Counted from the first letter of the stretch, positions 54,225 through 62,482 are shown. The stretch is DNA of 62,482 bases from an uncultured Dehalococcoidaceae bacterium (GCA_964456395.1 CAYWAU010000001.1:1-62482); one strand, 5' to 3'. Program-made: numbers and translations. The notes: a model not told the origin generated them from the sequence alone.

Positions 54225-55151
54225 TTACCCTGCTTCCTCCTCAATCTCAGACTCGGGAATGCGAACCTCAATACCTCCGGCACGCTCCTCCTGGAGCAAC
54301 ATGGCAATACGGGAGTCCTTATCACCCCAGCCACGGTTCATGGCTGCCATCAGCTCCTGCAGGGTCAGGTTGGCCACAGCCATGGGAACATCATACTCAC
54401 GCCCCAGCGAGGTTGCCAGTGCCACGTCTTTTAACGCCAGATGCAACGCAAATTGGGGAGGCTCGAAATTTCCCCGGAAAACGATTTCGGGCAATATCCT
54501 GTGGAACATAAGACCCTGCCCCATACCGCCATCCCTCAGGATGCGCCATAACGCTTTGGGCTCCACACCTGCCTTAACTCCCAGCGTCAGGCACTCGGCG
54601 ACGATGGTCTGCAAGCCATAATTTATGCAATTGTGCATGAGCTTACAAATGCTGCCATTGCCGACTTTCCCGGTATATGTCATCTTATCGCCAATGGCTT
54701 TCAGTACAGGCTGGCATCGCTGAAAGACATCCTCATCTCCACCCACCATCAGCGTCAGTTTGCCCGTCCGTGCCCCCGTTGGCCTGCCGCTCACCGGCAC
54801 GTCCATTACATCGGCACCCCTTTCCTTAAATTTGTCATAAATACGGCGCGCCAGTGTCGGCGAACTGCTGGATAAGTCAATGTACACCCCGCCGGGACGT
54901 ATGCCTTCAATAATGCCGCCTTCACCCAGGGCAACTGCCTCCACTTCCTGAGGACCGGGTAAGGAGGTGAATATTATATCGCTAGCCTCAGCAACCGCTT
55001 TCGGCGAGTCAGCCCAGCAGGCGCCGGCGTCGACCAGGGTCTTGGCTGCCTCCCGCCTCAGGTCGTAAACAGTAAGCGTATAGCCGGCCTTGAGGATGTT
55101 GCTTGCCACCCCGCTTCCCATGCTACCGAGCCCGATGAAACCGATATCCAC
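54225..55151 (-). CDS. beta-hydroxyacid dehydrogenase (3-hydroxyisobutyrate / tartronate-semialdehyde reductase family)
   Basis: 308 aa. IGFIGLGSMGSGVA NAD fold, DVPVSG, and the GNGSICKLMHN catalytic Lys motif. Confidence 0.85.
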   Translation of the reverse strand: MDIGFIGLGSMGSGVASNILKAGYTLTVYDLRREAAKTLVDAGACWADSPKAVAEASDIIFTSLPGPQEVEAVALGEGGIIEGIRPGGVYIDLSSSSPTLARRIYDKFKERGADVMDVPVSGRPTGARTGKLTLMVGGDEDVFQRCQPVLKAIGDKMTYTGKVGNGSICKLMHNCINYGLQTIVAECLTLGVKAGVEPKALWRILRDGGMGQGLMFHRILPEIVFRGNFEPPQFALHLALKDVALATSLGREYDVPMAVANLTLQELMAAMNRGWGDKDSRIAMLLQEERAGGIEVRIPESEIEEEAG

Positions 55152-55234
55152 AATGCACCTCCCTTTCCAAATTTGTTTATTTTTAACTCAACTGCCCCCA
55201 ACGACTAAAATAAGTAACCGGAAAACCGCTGCTT

Positions 55235-56452
55235 TTACAGACCAAAGGCGCCGGAAATGAGCAGCTGGTCAAATTCGGTGTCGGAAATGCCCAGCAGTTC
55301 CTTGCAAACGTACTCCGTATGCTCACCCAGACAGGGAGATGGCATTCGCGGCTGGGCGGGGGTCTTTGATAACCTGGAGGGTTGACCCATGTGCGGAAAA
55401 TCGCCTATCTCTTTATGTTTTAGCACCCAGAAAAGATTTGCTTCCCGAAGTTGAGGGTCCTGATAGATATCCTCCCCCTTCTTTACCATACCAGCCGCCA
55501 CACCGGCTGCCTGCATTAGCTCCATTGTCTCCTGAGCGGAATGATTAATCGTCCATTCACCAATTAATATGTCTAATTCCTCTTCGTTTTTCTTGCGGTT
55601 AAAAAAAGTGGCGAACCTGGTATCTTCAGTCCAGGACGGGTTACCTATGACGTTACAGAAATTCTCCCAGTCCTCATCAGAGAACACCGCAATAGCGCAC
55701 CAGGAATCGTTACCCCGGCATGGGTAGGCATTATGAGGCACCGCATACGGATGCTGATTGCCGTTCCTCGTTGATTCCTCTCCGTTAGCTTCACACTCCA
55801 GAAGATATGGTCCCAGGAACTGTAAGGAGACTTCGCTCTGCGACAGGTCTATCATTTGCCCTTTACCGGTTTGGCGGCGGTATTCCAGTGCGGCAACCAG
55901 AGTGGCGATAGCAAAATGAGGGACAAAATAATCCGGATAGGCAAACATAAAAGAAAGGGGGTCCCGGTCAGCCCATCCCGTGAAATTTACAAAACCAGCC
56001 AGGGCATTTAATTGCAGGCCCAGCCCACCAAGACGGCTGAAAGGTCCTGTCTGACCTTGATTTGAAGTCCGGAGCATAATGGCATCCGGCCTGATTTTCT
56101 TCAGGTCTTCATACCCCAGACCCCAGTTCTCCATAACGCCCGGATTGAAATTCTCGGCTGTAATGTCCGCCCATGAGACCAGTTTCTTAGCTATTTCTCT
56201 CCCCTGCGGGTGTCCCAGGTCAAGACTCATGGAGTACTTGTTGGCATTCCAGTATGTGTAGAAACCCGAGCGGTTCACCCCGGGCTTATTATCCCTGTAA
56301 GGCATGGTAATCCTGAGACCTCCGGGCCTTTGTGCTGATTCGATACGAACCACGGTCGCCCCATAATCGGCCAGCGTCTTGGTAGTTAAAGGCCCGGCTA
56401 TCCACCAGGTGAAATCGGCAACCTTTATTCCTTCAAAGGGCGCTGTTGTCAT
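55235..56452 (-). CDS. family III CoA-transferase, type B (paralog of 33860-35077)
   Basis: 405 aa. PFEGIKVADF...GATVVRIES, and VPHNAYPCRGNDSWCAIAV. Confidence 0.85.
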   Translation of the reverse strand: MTTAPFEGIKVADFTWWIAGPLTTKTLADYGATVVRIESAQRPGGLRITMPYRDNKPGVNRSGFYTYWNANKYSMSLDLGHPQGREIAKKLVSWADITAENFNPGVMENWGLGYEDLKKIRPDAIMLRTSNQGQTGPFSRLGGLGLQLNALAGFVNFTGWADRDPLSFMFAYPDYFVPHFAIATLVAALEYRRQTGKGQMIDLSQSEVSLQFLGPYLLECEANGEESTRNGNQHPYAVPHNAYPCRGNDSWCAIAVFSDEDWENFCNVIGNPSWTEDTRFATFFNRKKNEEELDILIGEWTINHSAQETMELMQAAGVAAGMVKKGEDIYQDPQLREANLFWVLKHKEIGDFPHMGQPSRLSKTPAQPRMPSPCLGEHTEYVCKELLGISDTEFDQLLISGAFGL

Positions 56453-56461
56453 TCGCTCCTT

Positions 56462-57700
56462 TCAGACAACCCCGGCTTGCCTGAGCCGCATCATTTCCTC
56501 GTCAGAAATGCCCAGTTGCCGGTAAATCTCCTGATTGTGCTCACCAATAAGCGGTGGTTTACACGGCGTCCTGGAAGCCTGCTCCGACATTCTGAAGAAG
56601 GTTCCCGGGTAGGTCAGCGTCTCATTCAATTCGGGATGTGCCACCTGTATCCAGAAATCCCTTGATTGGAGCTGGGGGTCTTTCATTATATCTTTCGGAG
56701 AATATACCGGGAATATCTTGATGTCCCTTTTGAGTCCCTCCTGGTAAAGCTGAAGCTTGGTATACCTTAAAAAGAGCTGCTCGGCATATGATTCCAGCCG
56801 ATTCTGCATCTCCTGCGTGGCTACGGCTAAATCATAGCTCTCCCAATCAAATTCTTTAAGGAAGTCGTCGGCTATTCCTTCTTCGCCAATCCATCTCGCC
56901 AGCTGGCAGTTGCCCATGCTCACGCCGAGTCTGCCCCCGAAAATGACATAGGCAACAAAGCCATCCCGGCAACGCCAGATAATGCGCTGATTGTTTTTAC
57001 CGAAGCGACTGCTCAGCACGGAGCCCTGTCGTGATAGGTTAATCCTGTCCAGTTCCCAGTGAGGGATGGTATTGGTTATCGCCCAGGTGATACTTGCCTG
57101 GATAGAGACATCAACATGCTGCCCCTCTCCCGTGTTTTGGCGGTGATGATAGGCTATCATGGTAGCTGACGCAGCACTGGAGCCCCCGAGTAACCAGGAC
57201 TGAGGAAAGCTGATACGCAGCGGGGGGCGGTCTTTATAGCCCGTTATATACAACAGCCCCCCCATCGCTAACAGGGTGATATCAGAGGCTTTATAGTCCT
57301 TGTAAGGACCCCGCTGCCCGAAAGGTGTGATAGAGGTCAGGATAATAGAGGGGTTAACCGAATTGAGTGTCGAGTAACCTAACCCCAACCCCTCCATATA
57401 GCCTACCGGGAACGACTCAATTACGAAATCAGCCCCCTTAACCAACCTTTTAAAGATTTCCTTACCGTCCGCTGTCTCAATATCCAGGGTGATACCCTTC
57501 TTATTGAGATTATGAGCAAACCAGTAGAGACTTCTTTCCGGATGGGGAATGCTGTGATAAAAGGGCGGGATATTGCGGGAATGGTCACCCCCGGGCTTTT
57601 CCACCTTGATGACCTCGGCACCAAGGTCAGCCAGGATTCTACCGCACAAAAAACCTTCTTCACCCGTTAAGTCCAGGACCCGGCCGGAGAGAAGCGTCAC
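56462..57700 (-). CDS. family III CoA-transferase, type A (paralog of 32588-33835)
   Basis: 412 aa with GTG start after GGAGG. VLDLTGEEGFLCGRILADLGAEVIKVEKPGGD. Confidence 0.85.
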   Translation of the reverse strand: MTLLSGRVLDLTGEEGFLCGRILADLGAEVIKVEKPGGDHSRNIPPFYHSIPHPERSLYWFAHNLNKKGITLDIETADGKEIFKRLVKGADFVIESFPVGYMEGLGLGYSTLNSVNPSIILTSITPFGQRGPYKDYKASDITLLAMGGLLYITGYKDRPPLRISFPQSWLLGGSSAASATMIAYHHRQNTGEGQHVDVSIQASITWAITNTIPHWELDRINLSRQGSVLSSRFGKNNQRIIWRCRDGFVAYVIFGGRLGVSMGNCQLARWIGEEGIADDFLKEFDWESYDLAVATQEMQNRLESYAEQLFLRYTKLQLYQEGLKRDIKIFPVYSPKDIMKDPQLQSRDFWIQVAHPELNETLTYPGTFFRMSEQASRTPCKPPLIGEHNQEIYRQLGISDEEMMRLRQAGVV

Positions 57701-57776
57701 CTCAGGCTACCTCCAATTTTTTGGCATGTTCATTCCTCAATCTTATGTCGAAAGCGAGATACGGCATGGTGTTGGG

Positions 57777-59171
57777 TCATACCTCTTTCAAATAGCTTTT
57801 CATCAGAGCTAAGGCGGCTTTTGGCTCCGTCTGAGCCAGCAAACCGGCGGCATAGAGGATGTACTCCTCATCTACATAGAACCGGGGGTTCCTGGGCCTG
57901 AGAATATGGCGACTGGTCTCCTGAAATAACACCCTTTCCAGAATACCCCTGGGGTCCCGGGAGAAGGCTATGGGCCCACCCGTTCCGACCACGTGCCGTA
58001 CCTCGGTCAGGTCTTTTCCGCGCTGGACAGCCATCTCCCCCATAGGACCATAGACAATCTCCACCCTGCCCGCGTGCCGCTCCACGGCTACTTCCACCGC
58101 CACCGAAGCCAGCATCATGTCACCGGTGAATTGCTGTTCCGTTTGAGGAATCTGCCCGACCGCCGAAATTTCCTGGATAACACCTTCGTAACTTTCATCC
58201 GGCAGGAGTCCCCTTAGCTGAAGTTGCTCCAGCAGCGTGCCTATGTTGAGTCTTACCCCCAGGTCTCCCTCCACGGTCCTTTTTACGTAGGGCTCAGGCA
58301 GACCCCTCACCATCACATCTCCAGAAGCTGGATTGCCCCTGGCGATTGAGTGTACGTCGGTAGTGGCGCCACCGATATCCACCACGATGACATCGCCCAG
58401 CCCTTTTTGCTCCTGATAGCCTTCGGCAAGAAGCCTGGCTGCCGCCAGTACGGCCGACGGGGTGGGCATGATGATATCTTTTACTATTGCCCTGGCTTTG
58501 GCTACGCCCTTGGCTTCTATAATGTTCTTGATGAAAATGTCTCTTATTTCCCGGTTACAATGTTCTGTCTCAAGCCTGCCTATTTCCGGCATTACATTTT
58601 TGGTGAACCGGACATTGGCACTATGTGTATTGAAGATTGCCTCAATTTCATCACGCGCCGTCTTATTTCCCGCCACCAGCAGGTGAGCCCGCTCAAGGTC
58701 CAACTTGGAAAGCATACGCGCGTTGTGAATGATAACCCTTTTATCACCGCCGTCAGTTCCCCCAGCCAGCAGGATAATATCGGGGGAGATTTCCCCTATC
58801 TCACTGATTTCCTGTTCGGTAAGCTCGTACGAATAGCAACCTACAATCTTGGCGCCGGCTCCTAATGCCGCCCGGGTAGCGGCTTCGACGGTAAGCTCGG
58901 GTACAAAACCGATGGAGACTACTCGCAGACCGCCAGCCGCACTACTGCAGGCTAATGCCTCCCACTCGTCCTCATGACTTGTGTTTACCCCGGCATCAAG
59001 CTCCTCAAGGGCTTCTTTGAGACCGATAGTAATATCTTCTTCAACTGTAGATGGAGCCTGGGACCTTGAAATTATCCTTCCTCTATCTAAATCTACGGCG
59101 ACAACCTTGGTAAACGTACTTCCAAAATCGATTAGAAATCTGATGCTGCCCATTAACACAACCTTTAACAA
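57777..59171 (-). CDS. glmL: GlmL/MutL-like protein (glutamate mutase accessory/reactivase-type, ASKHA-like)
   Basis: 464 aa. FLIDFGSTFTKV N-terminus and VVDIGGATTDVHS. Lies adjacent to the glmS/glmE-like genes. Start is TTG 59171 or ATG 59153. Confidence 0.7.
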   Translation of the reverse strand: MLKVVLMGSIRFLIDFGSTFTKVVAVDLDRGRIISRSQAPSTVEEDITIGLKEALEELDAGVNTSHEDEWEALACSSAAGGLRVVSIGFVPELTVEAATRAALGAGAKIVGCYSYELTEQEISEIGEISPDIILLAGGTDGGDKRVIIHNARMLSKLDLERAHLLVAGNKTARDEIEAIFNTHSANVRFTKNVMPEIGRLETEHCNREIRDIFIKNIIEAKGVAKARAIVKDIIMPTPSAVLAAARLLAEGYQEQKGLGDVIVVDIGGATTDVHSIARGNPASGDVMVRGLPEPYVKRTVEGDLGVRLNIGTLLEQLQLRGLLPDESYEGVIQEISAVGQIPQTEQQFTGDMMLASVAVEVAVERHAGRVEIVYGPMGEMAVQRGKDLTEVRHVVGTGGPIAFSRDPRGILERVLFQETSRHILRPRNPRFYVDEEYILYAAGLLAQTEPKAALALMKSYLKEV

Positions 59172-59219
59172 TGAATCGACTATTGCTTATTCAGATATCA
59201 TGACGGTTTGTAGCGCCGG

Positions 59220-59645
59220 CTAAACCTTACCCTTTGCCTTCAAATCATCTTCCAGGTCAGCTATAACTGCTGCCATATCTACTTCGGGGGGGTAAACTCT
59301 ATCGAACCCCATAGCCTCAAATTTCTGTTTGTCATCCTCAAAGTTATGCCGGCCCACCGCCAGATTACCGCCGAGGTAAAGGAGCACATCCCCGAGGCCA
59401 GATTCTGTGCATTTATCTTTGAATCCTGCTAAATCGAACTCCGCCATGCCGTAGAGCGAACTTACAAAAATGGCATCAGCCGCTGTTTCTTGAGCTACTT
59501 TGATGAATTCCTCTGCCGGCGTCAGTCCTCCGAGTTCGACAACCTTGTATCCCTGTTCCATCAAAAAACGAGATAGAAGCTTGATGCCGATAACATGGGA
59601 ATCCTGCCCTATCGTTCCTGTAACTATAGTTGCTTCTTTTGCCAT
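59220..59645 (-). CDS. glmS: B12-binding small subunit of a glutamate-mutase-type enzyme (GlmS/MutS-like)
   Basis: 141 aa. DSHVIG (DxHxxG base-off/His-on motif), SSLYG, and LYLGGN. Collinear with clostridial GlmS. Confidence 0.85.
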   Translation of the reverse strand: MAKEATIVTGTIGQDSHVIGIKLLSRFLMEQGYKVVELGGLTPAEEFIKVAQETAADAIFVSSLYGMAEFDLAGFKDKCTESGLGDVLLYLGGNLAVGRHNFEDDKQKFEAMGFDRVYPPEVDMAAVIADLEDDLKAKGKV

Positions 59646-59690
59646 CTTAATAACCCCTCTTTATTGAAAACTATCCTGGAAGGCGTATTT

Positions 59691-61160
59691 TCAGGAGGTC
59701 GATTCCCCTTTTATTTTACCCTTACTGAATGCCCAGAAATCCTGAATGACCACGCTAAGGTCCATCTTCCGCCCCTCCGCCTTTTCCCGTTCCGCCACCT
59801 TTTCACGGTGAAATTCTTTTACCTCTTCCGGAATAGGCAGGTTGCCGAAATCAAGGTAGCGGCAGGCTCCTTTATTATCCCTGATGCCGAGTACCTTTGA
59901 TTTAAGATTCACATTGCTGGCGATTGGGGAATCAATTGCTCCGGTCTGCACTCCCTTCTCATAGCCAACAGCCACATCGCCGTCCCCAAGCTCCAGAATC
60001 CTGTCCATTATTGCCCTGACTTCGAGCTCGGTGATTCTTTCCTCAATTCTTGCCTCTTCCTGGTCAATGGTAAAATTCTGAGCCCGGACGACATCAAAAA
60101 TAAATTTAGCTGCGCGGTAACTTACCGCGTGGGCTTCCTTTGCCGGGATGCCGGCCGCTTCGTCAATTGTCCTGACATACACGCCTTCTCCTTCGGCCAA
60201 CGCCCCGACCATCGCACTATAACCGAGAAAACCGAAAGACATACCCATATCCTGCGGATGAGGGAATAACGGCACCTGGTCCAGAAAGAGACCGGGAACG
60301 ATAACATCTTTGTAGCCGAATTTGTCGAGATACTCCCTGGTCAGTTTTCGTAATGTCCGTGCCCAGGCAATGTCCTGCAACATATGACCGTACATCGAAA
60401 TACGGGGTATGACGCTTTTCACACCCTGCTCGGCGGCCAGCATAGCAACGACGATAACGCCGGCTATGTCGACACTCATGGGAAACTGGAGGTTGGAATT
60501 TATCCCGTCAATATCGGTGGCTATGGTGACTCCCCTGTCAGCATAATAGCCTATTAATCGCTGTATATATTGATATTCTTCAATACACTCGGCTGCGGTG
60601 GGCTTCTTTTCATACCAGCCGAAGGTTATTATAGGGTCAACGAGAGCCGCCGTTACACCTGATGCGAAAGCAATTTCGGCCATCAGCTTGATACCGCCAA
60701 TATTGGTCAGCCTCTGGTTTAATGCCGCCTCGGTATTCTCAACGACCTTTCGTGTATTCTTCACGCCATGGATAACGGTGGGATACCCGTTTAACTTCGG
60801 CTGACCAGTTTTATTGCTCTCCTCCAACCCTCGCTGTGCCTTATCATATTGTCCCAGACGACAGTAGCTGTCCGGCGTTAACGGGATAACGGGCAAACCC
60901 GCTTCCACCAGCGCCTTGTTAAGTTCAATCTCCTGCTCCAGGATTGGAGTTCCCGCCCTTGGGAAAACAACGGTCTTGCCTTCCTGATGCAGTTTCTGTA
61001 TCACTTTGGTGAAGTTCTTGTGTTCAGGCAGACTCTTTTGATATTCCACCGCCTCCTCAAAGTCGACCTCTTTGCCGGTTGCCCATCTGGAAAGTACCTC
61101 TTTTCTTTCCCTGAGAAACCTTTCCTCGTCCCATTTCTTGTTTCTAACTGTTATCTCCAT
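59691..61160 (-). CDS. large (epsilon) subunit of a glutamate-mutase-family B12 mutase (GlmE-like, divergent active site)
   Basis: 489 aa, collinear with clostridial GlmE (NKKW..E.F...R.EVL..W.TGKEVD..EAV.Y; PRAG; LNG.P...GVK; AAEQGVK; RYL.FGN.P). The Glu171 region reads AALVDP instead of SNEGGG. Confidence 0.75.
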   Translation of the reverse strand: MEITVRNKKWDEERFLRERKEVLSRWATGKEVDFEEAVEYQKSLPEHKNFTKVIQKLHQEGKTVVFPRAGTPILEQEIELNKALVEAGLPVIPLTPDSYCRLGQYDKAQRGLEESNKTGQPKLNGYPTVIHGVKNTRKVVENTEAALNQRLTNIGGIKLMAEIAFASGVTAALVDPIITFGWYEKKPTAAECIEEYQYIQRLIGYYADRGVTIATDIDGINSNLQFPMSVDIAGVIVVAMLAAEQGVKSVIPRISMYGHMLQDIAWARTLRKLTREYLDKFGYKDVIVPGLFLDQVPLFPHPQDMGMSFGFLGYSAMVGALAEGEGVYVRTIDEAAGIPAKEAHAVSYRAAKFIFDVVRAQNFTIDQEEARIEERITELEVRAIMDRILELGDGDVAVGYEKGVQTGAIDSPIASNVNLKSKVLGIRDNKGACRYLDFGNLPIPEEVKEFHREKVAEREKAEGRKMDLSVVIQDFWAFSKGKIKGESTS

Positions 61161-61221
61161 TTCACCCCTTTGATAATGTTAGAGAATATGGCCTTCCGCC
61201 GATAGGTATCGTCCCCTTAAG

Positions 61222-61294
61222 TGGAGCCGGGGGGATTCGAACCCCCTACCTCCTGCGTGCAAAGCAGGCGTTCTCCCAACTGAACTACGGCCCC
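61222..61294 (-). tRNA. tRNA-Ala (anticodon UGC)
   Basis: The reverse complement folds as a cloverleaf. Acceptor stem GGGGCCG/CGGCUCC has a G3:U70 pair. Anticodon loop is UUUGCAC and the T-loop is GGGGGUUCGAAUCCCCC. Discriminator is A and CCA is not encoded. Confidence 0.95.
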
Positions 61295-61423
61295 AGATTG
61301 CTTTAAAAATTATAGCATATTTGAAATTACTTTTTATATTCACCATCACCTGACTCTGTTCGCAATAGAGGCGTCTGGCCTACTAAAGCTAGAAAACCGC
61401 AACTTTTGGGTAAATTTGAAAAG

Positions 61424-61474
61424 AATCAGGGTGTCAAGACACTAGGTCAACCGACACCCTGATTTTATTATTTT
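61424..61474. terminator. 12-bp perfect inverted repeat hairpin with T-rich flanks on both strands (bidirectional intrinsic terminator candidate)
   Basis: AATCAGGGTGTC-17 nt-GACACCCTGATT, followed by TTATTATTTT on the + strand and CTTTTCAAATTT on the - strand. Lies downstream of the 61577-62257 gene. Confidence 0.55.
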
Positions 61475-61576
61475 AAGGTAAAATATCAACAATGTGACAA
61501 AATGCAATTTCGCCACATTTAAGCGATCATGAATTTAATTAAGCAAATTGGGCGTTTGTTAACTAAGCTACTTATT

Positions 61577-62257
61577 TTAGCTTACACATGGTGAGGCAAG
61601 ATATTCAGCCAGCTGCTCAAATTTCCCCCCATCTCCCCCCGAGACAAGCTCCCCAAAGTAAGCATTAACCTTTTCTCGGTCCTTGACCTGTTTCACTATG
61701 ATGTCTTTGGAAAGATAGGGAAATATGTTATGATAGCTCCCCATAAAGAGAACCCCGGTTTCTCCTTCCTTTAGAGTTTCATCGATTGTTTTGGCTACGA
61801 ATTTATCCCTTTCCTCTGTCAACTGGTTCTTACGAAGTCTATATTTGGTAGAGGTGATGTTTTTCTCTGCAACCGATCTAGAGCGAGTAATTCCAGAGAT
61901 ATATTCATACTCCTCTTTAAGGAGAGAGGGATTCTCGGTTTTTCTTATCTCGGCGCCCCTGACCATCAGGCTCAGGACAATTTGGTGATTCTTGCTCCCG
62001 CGTTTTGCAGCCTCCTCAACAATTTTCCTGCCCAGTGCACCATCCGCCGGGAGTCCATCCTGATAAACTTTCATGGTGGAAGCGTCAACGGTAGCAAAAT
62101 AATCAGCTATACTTTCCCAAAACTTAACCACACTATCTTTATGTTTAGCCCACCTCTCCTCCCCAAACAGAGAAGCACTTTTGCTGTCGATGGCAGCTGC
62201 CTCACTCCCCAGGTCAGGTTCCATATGGATGACGGGTACAAAAAGGAGTTTCCTCAT
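61577..62257 (-). CDS. hypothetical protein
   Basis: 226-aa ORF with protein-like composition. Its ATG overlaps the stop of the upstream AAA ATPase gene (ATGA). No family recognised. Confidence 0.5.
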   Translation of the reverse strand: MRKLLFVPVIHMEPDLGSEAAAIDSKSASLFGEERWAKHKDSVVKFWESIADYFATVDASTMKVYQDGLPADGALGRKIVEEAAKRGSKNHQIVLSLMVRGAEIRKTENPSLLKEEYEYISGITRSRSVAEKNITSTKYRLRKNQLTEERDKFVAKTIDETLKEGETGVLFMGSYHNIFPYLSKDIIVKQVKDREKVNAYFGELVSGGDGGKFEQLAEYLASPCVS

Positions 62258-62482
62258 GGCTGTTCATTAGCCCTCCCTGTCGTTTCAAGGGCTCCACTGA
62301 AATGCCGGACATTAATCTTGAATTTGGTCAAGTCCTTCTTCTCTTGGTTTATGAATTCCCTTATCGCCAGCATAGAAGCCCTCTTTGAAACGGCCTCTAT
62401 ATCAGCACCAACCATACCTTCGGTTCCCTTAGCTAGGGACTCAAGGTCGACATCATCAGCCAAAGGCTTACCTTCGGTATGA
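62254..62482 (-). CDS. 3' end of a CDC48/VCP-like AAA+ ATPase gene (5' part outside window)
   Basis: The frame is open to the window edge. ...[37 protein letters not shown]... is the AAA lid-domain pattern. The listed start at 62463 is an internal TTG. Confidence 0.7.
   Translation of the reverse strand, partial: HTEGKPLADDVDLESLAKGTEGMVGADIEAVSKRASMLAIREFINQEKKDLTKFKINVRHFSGALETTGRANEQP

Noticed and set aside
61161-61221. Looked for a cobalamin riboswitch upstream of the B12-dependent mutase genes
   Set aside because: Only 61 nt separate glmE from the tRNA, and no B12-box-like sequence is present. The upstream A/T-rich region belongs to the tRNA promoter/terminator.
1-62482. Scan for CRISPR arrays, transposases/integrases, rRNA, toxin-antitoxin pairs or defence systems
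   Set aside because: There are no regularly spaced direct repeats. No ORF has DDE, tyrosine- or serine-recombinase or Cas hallmarks, and there are no rRNA-like segments. The only repeats found are short regulatory-scale ones plus paralogous metabolic genes.

Overview
Gene-dense bacterial window with about 58 CDS, one tRNA, and no transposases, CRISPR arrays or rRNA. RBSs are AGGAGG-like and many promoters look like extended -10 (TGnTAnAAT) types. The gene content suggests an anaerobic Chloroflexota/Dehalococcoidia-like genome: a PurS-PurL fusion, many radical-SAM, Fix and B12 enzymes, and a large expansion of family III CoA-transferases. That taxonomic call is inference only.

Layout:
(1) 1-9.3 kb is housekeeping: IDH/IPMDH-family 3' end, HIT, NUDIX, GNAT, nadK, nusB, acpP, purQ, purS-purL, glnA.
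(2) 9.5-12.2 kb holds a GlcD/GlcF-like FAD/Fe-S 2-hydroxyacid oxidoreductase.
(3) 12.4-26.3 kb is a mycofactocin-type redox-cofactor island. It has one Zn-ADH and two Mno/Mdo-like Fe-ADHs. These are followed by a tight 11-gene unit: an unannotated 43-aa MftA precursor (ends IDGVCGVY), MftB, MftC, an OYE/2,4-dienoyl-CoA-reductase-like Fe-S flavoprotein, FixB-FixC-FixX-FixA, MftF, and a second radical SAM/SPASM enzyme. No mftD, mftE, mftR or mftG is present. I rank this as the most interesting system.
(4) 26.3-30.8 kb carries IlvD, a LarA-like racemase and a split UxaA-type dehydratase.
(5) 30.9-57.7 kb is an organic-acid/CoA-ester catabolic island. It has an acyl-CoA ligase, six family III CoA-transferases in three tandem pairs, a crotonase and two mosaic tandem ACADs. 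It also has a DUF35+thiolase pair, two PrpD/MmgE proteins, an FAD flavoprotein, a TRAP transporter with duplicated SBPs, a double hot-dog hydratase, an SDR and a beta-hydroxyacid dehydrogenase.
(6) 57.8-61.2 kb is a glutamate-mutase-like B12 operon in glmE-glmS-glmL order. Its E subunit appears to lack the amino-group-binding Glu171 of the clostridial enzyme.
(7) The window ends with tRNA-Ala(UGC), a hypothetical gene and the 3' end of a CDC48-like AAA ATPase.

All functional calls come from reading the translated ORFs by eye. No searches were run.
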